A stretch of 63,502 nt of DNA, counting the filler, from Octopus bimaculoides (lineage: Eukaryota), in assembly GCF_001194135.2 (NCBI RefSeq). It is 6 parts of 5 records of this genome, joined end to end, with 100 filler letters (N's around TTAATTAATTAA, not from the genome) between each part and the next. Parts side by side here need not be neighbours in the genome. Positions count along the whole stretch, not along the records: positions 43,179 to 63,502 come from NC_068986.1; 5 more parts are not named here. One strand, written 5' to 3'. The notes beneath the pieces are model-generated. The model saw only the letters and a program-made list of their open reading frames with translations. It was not told where the DNA came from and ran no database searches. Positions 50,892 through 63,502 of this stretch are shown piece after piece. The stretch's first letter is position 1. Each line of letters starts with the position of its first letter. The translations under genes were made by a program, and so were the position numbers.

Positions 50892-53800
50892 AATATATGA
50901 AATTATTTTACATAGGTAGGGAAAGGTCAGTGTGACTACTTTTGCAGACAAGCAATTTTGAATTTAACTTTATTATACAAAGCCATGCCAGAGGTATTTT
51001 TGAGTTATCTCCATTTTATTTTGAATTATTTGATTCATTCTTCGGAAAAAGTACATGTAACATGTTTTCTCTCAATAAAAAGTTGGTGCACAGATTTTCA
51101 ATATGCTGATCTGGTCAGCTAGTTCAAGTAATATGTTCATAGTTAACCCTGGCTTAAACACAAATAGGAGACAATCCATTGTGTAAGCATATAAATTAAT
51201 TGAGAAATTTATTTTTAATTTCTCGAAATTATATTCCTTTCCTTTGAGAATGAATAAGAATTTCTTCAACGTTTTCCCGTTTTCTTTTTCTCTACTTAGT
51301 GGGAAATTTTTCAATGAATTTAAAATTGTGTAAGACATGGCATTTGCATCATTTACTTAGACTTACTTCTTTTATAAGTTTTAATTAATATAATTAAAAT
51401 ATTATTAAGTAAGACAAAGACAAGCCTAGAAAAGCCAAAAATACTCAAACTAGAATGATTAAATTTTGTCTTCTCCTTCTCCAAAAGAACAGGTAATTAC
51501 GATATCTCAGTCCTGGAACAAATGTAAAACAGTAGAGATTAAATGTAATACTTTCTCCAGGCAGCTGCAGAACAAGTGTTTTGTAGCAATCGATAATCAC
51601 CAGCCACCGTTGATTTGGCAAACACCTTCCGATGCAATGATACAAAAGGCGTGATTTCTAGTGTAAAAGAAGTTATTTTGAATACAATATAGGAATTCAC
51701 ATCTGATAAAGATTCTGGCTTAAAATTCCATTTCTTCACAATTATTTTCTCATTGTTTACACCTGTGTTTTACAATTCAAAGTTTCACAGTCTTGTTTAA
51801 AATAGCTGTCTCCATACCATCTAATAACATGTAGCATTTTCGATATAAACATTGGAATTAATTAAAATACTGGGATTAATTAACGTATTGTTCACACATC
51901 TATTCATAACACTCTTTGTTCTGTATTTGATTTGCGAAAAGAAGAAACGTTTCCCTTGCATCGTTATTGTCTTTGAGAATAACATATACATCAAAATTCT
52001 TCAACTCCTTAAATGATAGCTTAGCAACTTTGCGCTAATATAAACAACTCAATCTTTTAATAAAATCTTTGTTCAAAAATGTTGCTATAGTTTTAAGTTC
52101 CAAAAATATTTCCTGAATAAACTGTTCAGTGTTGACTACTGACACCATGATAATACTGGCCGCCATGTTTGTTCTGCAACGAAAAATGCAGAATTTGAAA
52201 CATTTGGCGTTGATTTGTATGAAGTTAATAACTTTCTGGATGAAATTACTGTGTAACACATCTTGATCTTTAAACAGTTTGTGTCCCTTGAGTCTTAACC
52301 CAGTGGAAACGAACCTCTGTCTTGCTTAGACAATATGACCTCATTGTTGCACTTGGTGTAGGAGTAACGCTCACTTTAACCACTCAGCTACGATATCATG
52401 TTACCGCCCTAGACACAATCTCCTCACAACATCACTCAATTCTAAATTAGATGTTCACCGCAAACGTATGTGGGTGTTTGGGGGATATTAACAATATGAG
52501 CACACGAACATCTAGTAATGAAATTTGCTTCAATGTGAGTAAAATAGGATTCTTGTGGCTTACATATTAACTTGTTCTTTTTCTTTTCTTTTTCATCGTT
52601 TTAACTAATCTTACATGGAATTACCTCAAGAATGATCTTTTGTATAAGTTATCTGTAACTGAAATCATAGCTAGATAAGTATTAATGTCAGTAAGGTAGA
52701 TAAACAGAAACACTACTAATGGAACTGAAGAAGAATTATAAACACTAAAAATAACAAATTGAGAGAGAGAGAGAGGGGCAGGGGAAAAAGACTATTAAGT
52801 TAAAAGCGAATATAAATGCCTATGGAATGATAAAATCAATGATACATAAGAAAGTAAAATCAAAAAAGCATAGGATTAGAAAGTAATACAAAGTAACGTT
52901 GCTGAGAATGAAATATTCAACAAGAAAATAACAAGTCAATCAGACCGAGAGAAAAGCTTCTTAATTCAGGCACTCTGATGAACAAAATAATGTATATATC
53001 ATAAATATTGTACTTTGCAGCACCCATATAATAATTTCTATAAAGTTTCTTACATAAGCCTGAAGCATATGAAAGATAAGAAATGATAATATTCATGTCA
53101 TTTTCAAGACTTATGTAAGTACAGGTATGACTTGAGAGTAAAATAAAAGTAAGTCAAGTAAATTGATATCACTTAACGTCAGCTCGTTCAACACACACTG
53201 GCGCTCATATTCCGGTATTTATAACAATACAGTAAGAAATGAGGAGTTTACGATAAGGTTTCTTGTTTGAGCCAGTCGAACCCAATTCAGATAAGAAATG
53301 GATATTCGAATATTTGTCATTCAAATAAAATCATAAAATGTTATTAAATTTCGTATTTAAAATATCACTCAAGGAGACAAATAGAAAATGGTAACCTGTG
53401 GCATGAGCAGGAGCAGAATTTAGAGACAGAAGTCAAACAGCTTTAATTCATATGATCGAATTTACAATAACACACACACACACANNNNNNNNNNNNNNNN
53501 NNNNNNNNNNNNNNNNNNNNNNNNNNNNNNNNNNNNNNNNNNNNNNNNNNNNNNNNNNNNNNNNNNNNNNNNNNNNNNNNNNNNNNNNNNNNNNNNNNNN
53601 NNNNNNNNNNNNNNNNNNNNNNNNNNNNNNNNNNNNNNNNNNNNNNNNNNNNNNNNNNNNNNNNNNNNNNNNNNNNNNNNNNNNNNNNNNNNNNNNNNNN
53701 NNNNNNNNNNNNNNNNNNNNNNNNNNNNNNNNNNNNNNNNNNNNNNNNNNNNNNNNNNNNNNNNNNNNNNNNNNNNNNNNNNNNNNNNNNNNNNNNNNNN

Positions 53801-55469
53801 NNNNNNNNNNNNNNNNNNNNNNNNNNNNNNNNNNNNNNNNNNNNNNNNNNNNNNNNNNNNNNNNNNNNNNNNNNNNNNNNNNNNNNNNNNNNNNNNNNNN
53901 NNNNNNNNNNNNNNNNNNNNNNNNNNNNNNNNNNNNNNNNNNNNNNNNNNNNNNNNNNNNNNNNNNNNNNNNNNNNNNNNNNNNNNNATATATATATAGT
54001 TGAAATTTACTGATGATCATTATATCTGCGATCACTGGTGATCTGGCCGTGCCCGATATTGAGGGAGCTTACCTCCATTGTCAGTCTTTAACATAATGTT
54101 TGTCGTGGCTATGAGTTGTCTAGACTCATATATACATACATACATACATACATACATACACTGGTTTTCAAGAGAATAAAAGTAGAGAAACAACAAATAT
54201 TTCTTGAGACATAAAATTTCATTTGTTATTTCAGATTAAGTAGAATATAAAGTATAGGAAAGTCTGTGATCCGTGTTTGTATCTGGAATATATAAATCAT
54301 CCAACCAAACTTGTGGAAAATGTGTTCTTGATAATACAATAATGTTATTCTTTTACAAACTGAGAATTTCAAATTATTTCTACTACATGATGGAATAAAT
54401 AGAACACTCTTTATCTTGATAAAGAATTTATTCCTTTCAGAACAAACAAAAATCCTACTTTTATTTTTCGACATCCACAACTTATCGATACACCCACATT
54501 TCTTGTATATTACAGGTCTTCAAATACTTTAGTGATTGTCTGAAGAGTAAGACTTCATCTAAAGATATTAGCAACGGAATCGGATCCCCCCCCCCAACCA
54601 TAGAACTTGTATTGTTTCACCTTTCGCTATTTATCACAGAATTATATAAATGCATATATGTTACATAACCATTCTATCGCATCGCGTGACAATACTTTTG
54701 CGCACACATTAACTATTTATCTTAGACTGGCTTTTCAGTTTTGCAATAAGTGACAGCTGCACACAACACAGATCTCACTATCTACGAACCTCATTTTATC
54801 TTGTTTACAAACAAACAAGATAATGCACCGTAGACTACCATTAAAGCAACTTTTGTATAAGGATTTGACGCATTTCATAGAAATTCGTATTTTCTATGAA
54901 TAAAATATTTCAATTGTCATAGCAAATGCCATTAGATTTGCAGCATTGTAACATGAAAAATAAAGAACTATTTTATCAAAGGATTTAACGAATAACAAAT
55001 CTCTTGCTCGTTGAATAATTCCAGAATATCGAGCATTGACGAAGTGACCTTAAATACTGTTTTAATCTAATATAAAGGATATAATAAATCGGTCTTCATA
55101 GTTTGAAGCGAGAATAGTATACGAGAAAAAATAATATTACGTTATATTATTTGAGATTATAAATTGGTTTTCGTGCAATAGACCGATGGTTATATTGTCT
55201 ACTGTTTAAATGAAAGCATGAAGTATCTATTGTAGAATTTCTAATGCAATGATTTCCATCTTTCATAATCGAACCTAAATACGCAGATTTACTCGTTTGT
55301 TTCGCTGCAGAAAATTGGTTGTTTCTTCGACTTTTAATCCTTTTTTTAACTTACATCTGTTTAACGTTTCAGAGTCGAGGCTTTAAAAGATTTGCATTTT
55401 AATCACTTCTTCCCTTAGGTTTTCAATACATGCTGTGTTATTCATAATTATTTACAAATATATACGTAT

Positions 55470-55520
<51 letters not shown>

Positions 55521-55834
55521 CATGTTTGTGTGTGTGCATGCTGATGATTACGTATGAGAAAATTACATGAGAGGTGTATAAATTTCGCCAGGGTTGAATA
55601 TTGCATAATAGAAACATCAGGATATTACCCAAAATATAGAGTGTGTGCGTGCGTGCGNNNNNNNNNNNNNNNNNNNNNNNNNNNNNNNNNNNNNNNNNNN
55701 NNNNNNNNNNNNNNNNNNNNNNNNNNNNNNNNNNNNNNNNNNNNNNNNNNNNNNNNNNNNNNNNNNNNNNNNNNNNNNNNNNNNNNNNNNNNNNNNNNNN
55801 NNNNNNNNNNNNNNNNNNNNNNNNNNNNNNGTGC

Positions 55835-55870
<36 letters not shown>

Positions 55871-55884
55871 GTGTGCGTGCGTGC

Positions 55885-55935
<51 letters not shown>

Positions 55936-55944
55936 CAGTGTATG

Positions 55945-56095
55945 TTATCGCCTTTCAAATCCCCAGGCGTCGATTTTTGTCTTTCATCCTTTCGGAGTCG
56001 ATAAAACATGTACCTATTCAGTACTGCGGGTCAATGTAATGGACTTACCCCCTCCCCCATCACTGGGGTCCTAAATTGCTGGCCTAGTTTCAGAC
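55945..56095 (+). mobile_element. SINE family A, degenerate 3' two-thirds
   Basis: ttcaaatccc...gtcgatttttgtctttcatcctttcggagtcgataaaacatgtacc. Confidence 0.6.
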
Positions 56096-56222
56096 TTTGA
56101 ACCAATAGATGTTCTGGCTCCAGTCTTGAAGACAGTCTTATAATGTGTTCTATGTTAGATTACTAAAAGAGTATTTCAAGTCACCTCATACGTAATCATC
56201 AGCATGCACACACACAAACATG

Positions 56223-56268
<46 letters not shown>

Positions 56269-56344
56269 CATACATATATATTTGTAAATAATGTGGCCCT
56301 ATAAATTTAGGCAGCTGGTAACGACGTCTTTGCGTAGGCAATGT

Positions 56345-56695
56345 TTTATAGAAATTACTATTTTCAAATCTCACAACGAGAGATATTCAGCAACAGTACT
56401 TTGGAGTAAAGATTGTTTGCCAACATTACATGGCAGTCCTGGTTTAGGACGAATGTTGCCGTAATTTAGCCCTGGGAGACTTCAATTATTCTGTGCTGAT
56501 GAAGGGAAATAACCCGGAATTTGCGATACACAGATATTGTTTTGAGCTGAGTGGGAGTGCTAGATTCCCTTGTTTGAAAACATAAGGAAACAGATCGTGT
56601 TGTATAGCCAGCTGGAGACGACGTCTTCTGGGGCTAAATTACAGCACCATTAGTCCTAATCCAGGACTGCCATGTTGTCTTTACTCCAATGTTTT
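56345..56695. mobile_element. Two oppositely oriented pieces of the hammerhead-bearing repeat
   Basis: 56357-56480 matches 30825-30915 and 31144-31165 directly. 56484-56689 is the reverse complement of 30841-31055. The arms 56429-56480 and 56623-56674 can pair. Confidence 0.8.
56490..56534 (+). ncRNA. Minimal type I hammerhead ribozyme motif (core-mutated copy)
   Basis: UCUGUG-CUGAUGA-AGGG AAAUAA CCCG-GAAU-UUGCGA-UA-CACAGA. Stem I is perfect and stem II is GGG/CCC, but GAAA has become GAAU. Confidence 0.6.
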
Positions 56696-57161
56696 ATGGG
56701 TTTGTTCTTTATTCAGTTGCCATTGTGGTTTGAACCAATGTACACCGTGCGTTCTCAGTGAAATCTTTATCAAGAACGGTGAAAGTAAAATCTTTTTTTC
56801 TTTCTTTTACTTTGCCGTTTTTTTTTTTTTTGCGGCATTCTGTAGATTCTCGAAACTTCCGCTTCGGTAGATCGATGCTAAATGATTGTTGAGATTGCTT
56901 CACTACTTGTAATATTTTAAGTAATTCCTTTGCAGTGGTCCTTGCTGTAATTGACACTAAAGTTAATTGTAATCAGAAATAGATCTATATTAATTTATTT
57001 TGTTTTGACCAATTTCTAAGAACAGGTTTAAGGTATGTTATTCAACTTCAAGCCTTGCATTTATTTATAGTTCTACGTTTTCTGTGTGCGTTGTGCATTA
57101 TGAGTTGTAACAGTTTAGTGGTATTGATATAGTTCCATTTTTCTCGTATTTTCTTTGGCAG

Positions 57162-57309
57162 AATAACAGAAAACTGTTGCAATTCTAAAGTTTCCTATAT
57201 CATTGGAAGGGAAATCCTGAGCGGCTGTGTTGCAAATATGCATAGGTTGAGAGAGAACTTCCAAGAAACCAAATTTTACCAGAAGCAGTTCCTTTTGAAA
57301 GTAGTCTAA
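57162..57309 (+). CDS. Candidate exon (phase 2 entry), 48 open codons
   Basis: Strong acceptor ttttctcgtattttctttggcAG; reads ITENCCNSKVSYIIGREILSGCVANMHRLRENFQETKFYQKQFLLKVV*. No homolog recognised. Confidence 0.2.
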
Positions 57310-57537
57310 AATACATTTATTTAGGGTGACGTACACACTCACACACACACACACACACACCAACATATATATATATATATATAAATAAATGTTAGTTATA
57401 TATTTAATATGTTCAGTAATTAGTTGTTCTCTGTTAATGATGTTTGCTTAATGAATATAACACGTTTTCATCTAATGGATTAATATAGTTTTGTCACTCC
57501 TGTCGTAAACAGCCACAAGAATGCTGATCAGATATTT

Positions 57538-57790
57538 CTAATTCTTCTCTCTCTTTCTTTCTTTCTCCCCCATTTCTCTCTCGCTCTCTCTATCTCTGTC
57601 TTTCTCTCTTTCTCTGTCTCTCTCTGTCTCTCTCTCTCTTTGTTTCTCTCTCTCCCCATCTCTCTCTCGCTCTCTATGTCTATTTTTTTCTGCTTCTGCC
57701 TGTCTTTCTCTTTCTCTGTCTCTCTCTTTCACTCTTTCACTCTCTCTTATGCGCACACTCCATGAAATTCCTATCATCTCTCTGTTTAAC
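57538..57790. repeat. Polypyrimidine (CT/CTCTGT) low-complexity tract
   Basis: Directly visible. It explains the RE-rich ORF 57538-57804. Confidence 0.9.
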
Positions 57791-58059
57791 AAACAAGTAA
57801 TCATATAATTACTTTACATCACAATACTTTTGAATATTTATGAATATGCGGATTATTGATAGATCTTTATAAGTGATTGATTTTCTTTACATTAAAAACA
57901 TTGATTTTGATGACACTAACTTAACACTTCTAAAACATCACTGATGTTAGGATATATTTTTTGAACACAAAGTAATCTTCAATGGATATCTATAAATATA
58001 TATATTGTGGAGTATTATATGAGATAGATACAGAACATGTTTGATGACCACCCTGAAAT

Positions 58060-58340
58060 ATATGACATCATAACAAATTTCCCGAGAAGCTTTGTAACAA
58101 AATCTGTATGGCAAACGAATTATCTAAAGAATGGATGCAATCAATCTTCGTAATACTACCGAGGTAGTTGGCATTATTGATTGCCCAGAGCACCTTCATT
58201 AGTCACACTAGTAAGATCTTGCTGGGAATTCTGTTAGCAGAAGGGAACTGGCTGCTAACTCATGGAAGTGGAGACGAGGTTTCTGTTACAAGATGCATCC
58301 CAATGACCAAGTTTTTAACATCAGAACTCTTTGGGGAATA
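58060..58340 (+). mobile_element. RTE-clade LINE RT N-terminal fragment
   Basis: WQT...KEWMQSIFVILP...FISHTSKILLGILL resembles WPKEWTQSIFxxLPKKG...ISHASKILL. Confidence 0.75.
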
Positions 58341-58341
58341 T

Positions 58342-58724
58342 AATCTTCTCTATTCTAGGCACAAGGCTCGAAATTTTTGGAAGGGGACCAGTCGATTAGA
58401 TCGACCCTAGTGCGTAACTGGTACTTAATTTATCGACCCAGAAAGGATGAAAGGTAAAGTCGACCTCGGCGGAATTTGAACTCAAAACGTAAAGACACGA
58501 AATACCGCTAAGTATTTCGCCCGGCGTGTTAACGTTTCTTATTTCTTTATTGCCCACAAGGGGCTAAATATAGAGGGGACAAACAAGGACAAAGGGAGTA
58601 AGTCGAATACATCGATCCTAGTGCGTAACTGATACTTAATTTATCGACCCCGAAAGGATGAAAGGCAAAGTCGACCTCGGCGGAATTTGAACTCAGAACG
58701 TAACGACAGATAAAATACCGCTAG
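58342..58724 (-). mobile_element. Two adjacent SINE family A copies with different 3' tails
   Basis: 58342-58539 has the tail ...ttccaaaaatttcgagccttgtgcc and 58540-58724 has the tail ...cttgtgggcaataaagaaata. Both share gagttcaaattccgccgaggtcgac. Confidence 0.9.
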
Positions 58725-59118
58725 TCCATCACTTTCAGGTGTCTTAATCCCCGGCGTTTTGAAGCAATCATCTTCACCACGCCGTTCGCAAACACACCTA
58801 ACGTGTGCGTCAAGCGTGCGTGGTCCATAATCATTATTACACTAGCACTGCTTCTATTTCATATTTGAATTTATTCTTACGTATTCATTTTCGGGGCATA
58901 CGAGCACGTAACTTTTTAAGCATATTAGTCATACTCTGGGGGTACGATTCGCCTGCAATTCTGTTCGGGTACATATTGTTGATAAGTCACAAAATTGACT
59001 TTCATGTGTTTTAACACCCTGCACTTTGACGGAGTAATCACAACTACACCAAATCGCAGCCTACTGGCAAACACACGGTTGCGCTAAGGTTATACGTTAA
59101 GTATGCGTGGTCGAGAAT

Positions 59119-59156
<38 letters not shown>

Positions 59157-59262
59157 AAAGAAAGAAGAAAGAAAAAAAGAAGGAAACAGACAGATGCATA
59201 CATACATACATACACACATACATAATTAGCTATTTAGCTAGCTAGCTAGCTAGCTAGTTAGG

Positions 59263-59362
<100 letters not shown>

Positions 59363-60344
59363 TAGAAAACCAAGAAAATGTAAGAATTAACTCGTAAACT
59401 TACCTGCGTGTGCCTGCTTGCATTTGTTGCACGCGCATGTGCATGCATAGTCTACGTTCGAATATTTCTGTAAGAAAATTTTGAAGTAGGTATACATGTG
59501 TTGGCCTTGCTATGGAACCGAAATTTCAGGAAACCGATCCTTTTTAGTCATTGTTAAAGTGTTCTTGTTTAGAAATTATCTGAAGAACTGATTTCAAGTG
59601 AGAAAGTAGAATGAAAAAGAAATACGAAATATTCTTAGAAATAAATCTGCGAAACAAACAACTACGTACATAAAGGTTTTTTTTTCTTATAAATGTGATA
59701 TATTCTTCGAGTTTGAGTGTGAAACTGATTCTGTTATCGCACAATATTTAGAGGTTAACTGAAACGCTTCTTTTTAATGTCAACCTTTAATTCTATGCTG
59801 ACTTACCTTCTGCTTATTTTGGTTTTATTTTCTTGTTTTACCTTGACTTTACTACTTTTTTTGCGTCGGCTAATTTCATTTTCATTCCTTTTCGCTGGTT
59901 TTCCTCAAATATCAATTGCATGCGCGCGCGCGTGTGTGTGCCATCAGTTAATAATGTATTGTAAGATTTAACATAAGCTAACGTTAAAGTTTTTGACAAG
60001 ACTTCAAACAAAATATGCTATTGAATTTTTGATGAGCTCAAAGAGCTAGAAATATTGGTATACATAAATCTTGCTCTTGTTTTATTGGTCTATCGATGTT
60101 GAAGTGCGTGTAGGTTTGTTGATTTTATATCCAAATCAATTAGGAACTGGTTTTATATCGCAATTTAACTCTTTCTTGTAATTTTCTTTATAATCGCTTT
60201 TATACTAAGATCTCTTTAATTCAATGTACAAAATGATTTTAGTTTCAAATAGTTTTACTAAAATAGTTTTAGTTTCAACCAAGAAACCGGTATAAGACAA
60301 GAAATACAGTTATACATACATTCTTGTGTACATGTGTGCATATA

Positions 60345-60384
<40 letters not shown>

Positions 60385-60530
60385 TTCATAAATGTTTGTA
60401 TACGTGTGAATATATGTGTATAAAAAAGTTCTACGAATTTGTTTTATGGCATTCAACATAGCTCTATTTGTCTTTATTCTTCAAATACATATAACTAGAC
60501 TTTGTGAGTTACGTTTCTCAGCTCATATTC

Positions 60531-60575
<45 letters not shown>

Positions 60576-60582
60576 TGTGTGT

Positions 60583-60629
<47 letters not shown>

Positions 60630-60999
60630 NNNNNNNNNNNNNNNNNNNNNNNNNNNNNNNNNNNNNNNNNNNNNNNNNNNNNNNNNNNNNNNNNNNNNNN
60701 NNNNNNNNNNNNNNNNNNNNNNNNNNNNNNNNNNNNNNNNNNNNNNNNNNNNNNNNNNNNNNNNNNNNNNNNNNNNNNNNNNNNNNNNNNNNNNNNNNNN
60801 NNNNNNNNNNNNNNNNNNNNNNNNNNNNNNNNNNNNNNNNNNNNNNNNNNNNNNNNNNNNNNNNNNNNNNNNNNNNNNNNNNNNNNNNNNNNNNNNNNNN
60901 NNNNNNNNNNNNNNNNNNNNNNNNNNNNNNNNNNNNNNNNNNNNNNNNNNNNNNNNNNNNNNNNNNNNNNNNNNNNNNNNNNNNNNNNNNATATATACT

Positions 61000-61105
61000 A
61001 CGAGCTTCTTTCCGTTTCCGCATACCAAATCCTCTCAGTAGAAGACACATGCTGTGAGACTGAACCCGGAACTATATGGCTGGAATGCAAACTATTTCGC
61101 TCTCA
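61000..61105 (-). mobile_element. SINE family C, deleted 5' part
   Basis: ttccgtttccg.ataccaaatcc...agtagaagacac...actgaacccggaac. Confidence 0.6.
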
Positions 61106-61599
61106 GTAACCTCTGAACCTGTACCGAGCTTCAGATTAGGTGATAAGTTAGCGACAATATTTGATTAAGTATAGCGGGAAATGGTAACATCTGTCCATTC
61201 TATCTCAGAAAGAGGGCATGGAGAAAGTAATTTCTGTTAGGAGAGAAAGTGATCCAATTAAAATGTATGGAGAATATCCTGCTGGAAATACTTAATTATT
61301 CAATAGAATATAATAAACAAGTCAGAATAATTTCTGGGCTATGTGTTTATATATATTTCTTAAATTCTGTTTCAAATGTGGGCGTTTTACAATATAATAT
61401 TTTATGCCACGGTTATATGCAAAAGTGGGCCGTTATAAAAGGTGCGTATATCTGCTCCTATATAAAAATGGAAATAAAGTAAAATTTGATATTAAAATTT
61501 GATTAGAAAAAGAAAAATTGTAAATTTTAAGAAACGTTTAAAAATTTTTTAAAGCACAAAATATTAAGAAAAGGAAGAATTAGAAAAGAAAACGGTCTT

Positions 61600-61870
61600 C
61601 CAGATTTTCGCAGGCCAAACAAGAGAAATGATGCGTCACAATCAAAACATATATGGAAATTAAAATCAAAAACATTCCGTTTAACATCAATTGGAAAATA
61701 CTCTCACACACACAACCATGCCAAGGTAGCAAGAAACTCTGCCAAGTTTGTACTAATGAATCCTACCACGTTCTCACATCCAAGAACCAAATACCGAACT
61801 GAAACTCCGAACTAGATTCTTCGTGCATGCACAAAATCTCGAAAACGCTAAAACATTTCAAACCAATAAT
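61600..61870 (+). mobile_element. Penelope-like element GIY-YIG endonuclease C-terminus, degenerate
   Basis: SQSKHIWKLK / NIPFNINWKILSHTQPCQGSKKLCQVCTNESYHVL...N*NSELDSSCMHK resembles LSKHIWxLK...IxWxIL...CxLCLxEK...LNKRSEL.SxCRH. Confidence 0.8.
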
Positions 61871-62278
61871 TTTTTTCCTAACGGCTAAATATGTAAATAT
61901 CTCACCTACTTCTCTTCTTCCACCTACATTATAAACCATCCCCATAATATACATAATAACATTTGTGCAGCTTTACACTAAGCAAATACTGTAGAAGTTT
62001 CCCTATTTCCGACCCAAATCTCTACAAAAGATTTTCTAAATAAGTCCACAAACTTACATACACACACGTTTGTTTGCAAGCAAGTTGGAAGACTCTTCTT
62101 TTTTAATTCTTTCTTTTATAAATGTTTTTAAAAATTGAAATTGTTTAAATCAGTTTTCCAAATTAAATTTTGTTGTAGAAAACAGATACGGTGATGATAT
62201 ATTTTTCGAACGCAGAGTTGCAGTTAGAAAAGCAGAAATACTTGGAAAATTACTCTTACAAGGCGGAAAAATGTCAAC

Positions 62279-62354
62279 AGCCAGCCATGGGACTCGAACA
62301 CATATCCCTCAAAGACTCCGACTCAGTGATTAACCATTAAACTTAACCACCCGC
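62279..62354 (-). pseudogene. Decayed tRNA-like / SINE head
   Basis: gcgggtggttaagtttaatggttaa (A-box-like) ... tgttcgagtcccatggc (B box). The stems do not pair properly. Confidence 0.45.
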
Positions 62355-62525
62355 TGGTAATTTCATCCGCCTAATGAAGTTCATATCATAACCATTGTTT
62401 TTCTTGCGCCATCTCTTAATCTTATTACTGCTCTATACATATCTAACACTTTGTTCTGGAATAAACATATATTGAGTTCTACACCAAGTTATTACTCTCG
62501 CAATGCCTAAGCGAAATATTAAAAC

Positions 62526-62570
<45 letters not shown>

Positions 62571-62759
62571 CAAATACATACACACACACATGCATGTGCA
62601 TGCATATGTATACTAGGTTGTCAGATAAATTCGTTCAGATATTCCACCCCCCTTATTTTAATCCTTACTATATTTTTATTGCCATTTTCATACACAAGTA
62701 AATACACACTTTTTATAATGACCCACTTTCGTACATACCAATAAACCTAAAATAATATA

Positions 62760-63502
62760 TTATAGAATTCCCACGTTTGAAAAGGAATTGAAGAAATAGT
62801 TATAAACACATAGCCTACAGGCTCTGCCTCCATAAAACACAAAGCTTAAAATTTCTATATATTAATCAAATTGCTTATAAAACAATGAACCACTAGAGAG
62901 AAACATAGAGACCAACAACCCTTACAACCTACCCACATCTCCTTGTCAACACCAAAGCACAAGATAAACAAATATCTATACTAACAACACCATCACATAT
63001 CCCACTAATAACCCGTACATTCCAAATACAAACAGGAAATATCCAAAATAATACTCGAAGAAGCTGACAAGCTAAAACATACCATCTGTTTGCATTCTTG
63101 TGTGAGACCTTTAAAACTTTCATTACAAAGTAGTTGACACACCCAATTACTGAGTTTTCAAATACTGGACTTGATTTTGAACCTTTGACCTTTACATTTT
63201 CAAAGCAAAGAATTAAATCCAATAAAACCAAAAATAACTCAAATTACTAGCACATCGTTTTTGTCAACCACTAGAAAGCAATACAATGACCTCAAGATGA
63301 CACACATAAGCGTACACACCTGATTACAAAGTTCTACATACATGAATAAATTCTAAACAATGACATAACCCCAGATTTGATCAATAAGAATTTCTCCAGA
63401 GCACCTCTCTGCCACAATCCTCCCTACGATCTATTTATCACTCGAATCTAACCCTATATAAAACCAAAATGAATTTCGATGCATCACAGTCCGACGATGG
63501 TT
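62760..63502 (+). mobile_element. Decayed A/C-rich retroelement-like ORF, class unresolved
   Basis: Long semi-open frames with scattered stops (YKQEISKIILEEADKLKHTICLHSCVRPLKTFITK*...), downstream of the PLE endonuclease fragment. Confidence 0.3.

Noticed and set aside
51480-52260. Several short open frames, one faintly EGF-like
   Set aside because: Internal stops, incorrect cysteine spacing and no consistent splice structure.
55536-55570. CUGAUGA...GAAA with CAUG flanks
   Set aside because: Stem II barely pairs and stem III is only AAUU; it lies in CA/TG low-complexity sequence.

Overview
AT-rich, microsatellite-dense and gap-riddled animal genomic DNA. It is probably from an octopod cephalopod, inferred from the SINE, REL-LINE and Penelope repertoire. 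Five artificial N44-TTAATTAATTAA-N44 spacers mean contiguity across them is not guaranteed. The only convincing host CDS is an intronless 171-aa tropomyosin-like ORF (38248-38763, minus strand). It aligns without gaps to tropomyosin residues ~1-118 and ~231-283, which implies a register-preserving loss of exactly 112 aa (16 heptads). Most of the rest is mobile-element debris: three tRNA-derived SINE families, Dong/R4-type and other REL LINEs, RTE LINEs, LINE ORF1 remnants, Penelope-like fragments, two copies of one internally deleted mariner, and MITE/Helitron-like elements. There is also a 5'-truncated tRNA-Arg(TCG) pseudogene and a ~3.3-kb CpG-rich (ACGA/ACGT) higher-order satellite. Notable non-coding structures are three minimal hammerhead-ribozyme motifs with palindromic stem III, two of them in a ~350-nt circularly permuted repeat (retrozyme candidate), a divergent telomeric palindrome and a 142-bp fold-back. 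Several splice-site-flanked open segments on the plus strand may be exons of an unidentified host gene, but they are low confidence.
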